IMG/VR virus record: IMGVR_UViG_3300035187_000068
Location: 1-24,160 of that record
Length of the DNA stretch: 24,160 nt
Strand: one strand, 5' to 3'
From: a virus
Lineage: Duplodnaviria; Caudoviricetes
Shown: positions 23,913 to 24,160 of the stretch, in pieces
How positions within the stretch are numbered: the stretch's first letter is position 1
Layout of the letters: every line of letters starts with the position of its first letter
The notes under the pieces: generated by a model
The model's database searches: none
The model's input: only the letters and a program-made list of their open reading frames with translations
What the model was told of the DNA's origin: nothing
Translations under genes and position numbers: made by a program

Positions 23913-24160
23913 TATAAGTTCTTTTTTGCGTTGGTAAATAATTCGTTTAACTGGTTCTCTTGAATCATAGTTATATTTAGTTCGTAAAGTTGCTTTAACT
24001 CTGTCAAACTTTCGCAAAAGTCAATAGCTACTATTAAATTATCTTGGGTTTCGTGTTTCTTAATGTAAGGTGCTTGTTCTTTGCTAAAGTCCATCTCCTC
24101 TGCTGGAGTAGCCTCAAAACCAGCTGCTTTCATTAACCAGCCTAAAAGCAATCTGTAAGC
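23912..24160 (-). CDS. C-terminal part of a putative phage recombination / single-strand annealing protein (5' end outside window)
   Basis: Frame is open to the window edge: AYRLLLGWLMKAAGFEATPAEEM...; lies near the SSB-like gene. Function is tentative. Confidence 0.45.
   Translation of the reverse strand, partial: AYRLLLGWLMKAAGFEATPAEEMDFSKEQAPYIKKHETQDNLIVAIDFCESLTELKQLYELNITMIQENQLNELFTNAKKNL

Noticed and set aside
12674-24017. Track start codons at 12730, 18798, 22843 and 24017
   Set aside because: They are longest-ORF extensions into upstream genes or leaders. Downstream ATGs (12673, 18753, 22822, 23912) fit stop-start coupling or domain boundaries better.

Overview
A 24-kb segment of a tailed dsDNA phage or prophage with siphovirus-type morphogenesis. 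All credible genes are on the minus strand. TAnnTTTG promoter boxes and A-rich, SD-less translation starts point to a Bacteroidota host (inference). In transcription order (right to left) the window holds: recombination/replication genes (partial putative annealing protein, SSB-like, wHTH, DUF4373-like initiator with internal ori-like repeats, NinG); ParB-N protein plus C5 cytosine methyltransferase; TerS, TerL, portal, MuF/gp7, HK97-type protease, major capsid; head-tail connectors, tail tube, frameshifted tail chaperone, tape measure; hub-like protein, a second tube-fold protein, an S74-chaperone fibre, two small tip proteins; and a >1260-aa fibre gene that the ORF track missed because it runs off the left edge. 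No integrase, lysis genes, tRNA or CRISPR were seen. The best leads are: (1) a promoter-proximal two-hairpin leader with complementary loops and a U-tract in front of the replication initiator; (2) near-total CCTG/CAGG and GATC avoidance in the core that breaks down in three modules, marking probable recent swaps; (3) internal promoters, three of them apparently leaderless; (4) a duplicated tube-fold gene in the tail tip; (5) four unannotated micro-ORFs. Family calls come from motif recognition and synteny only, and motif counts were made by eye.
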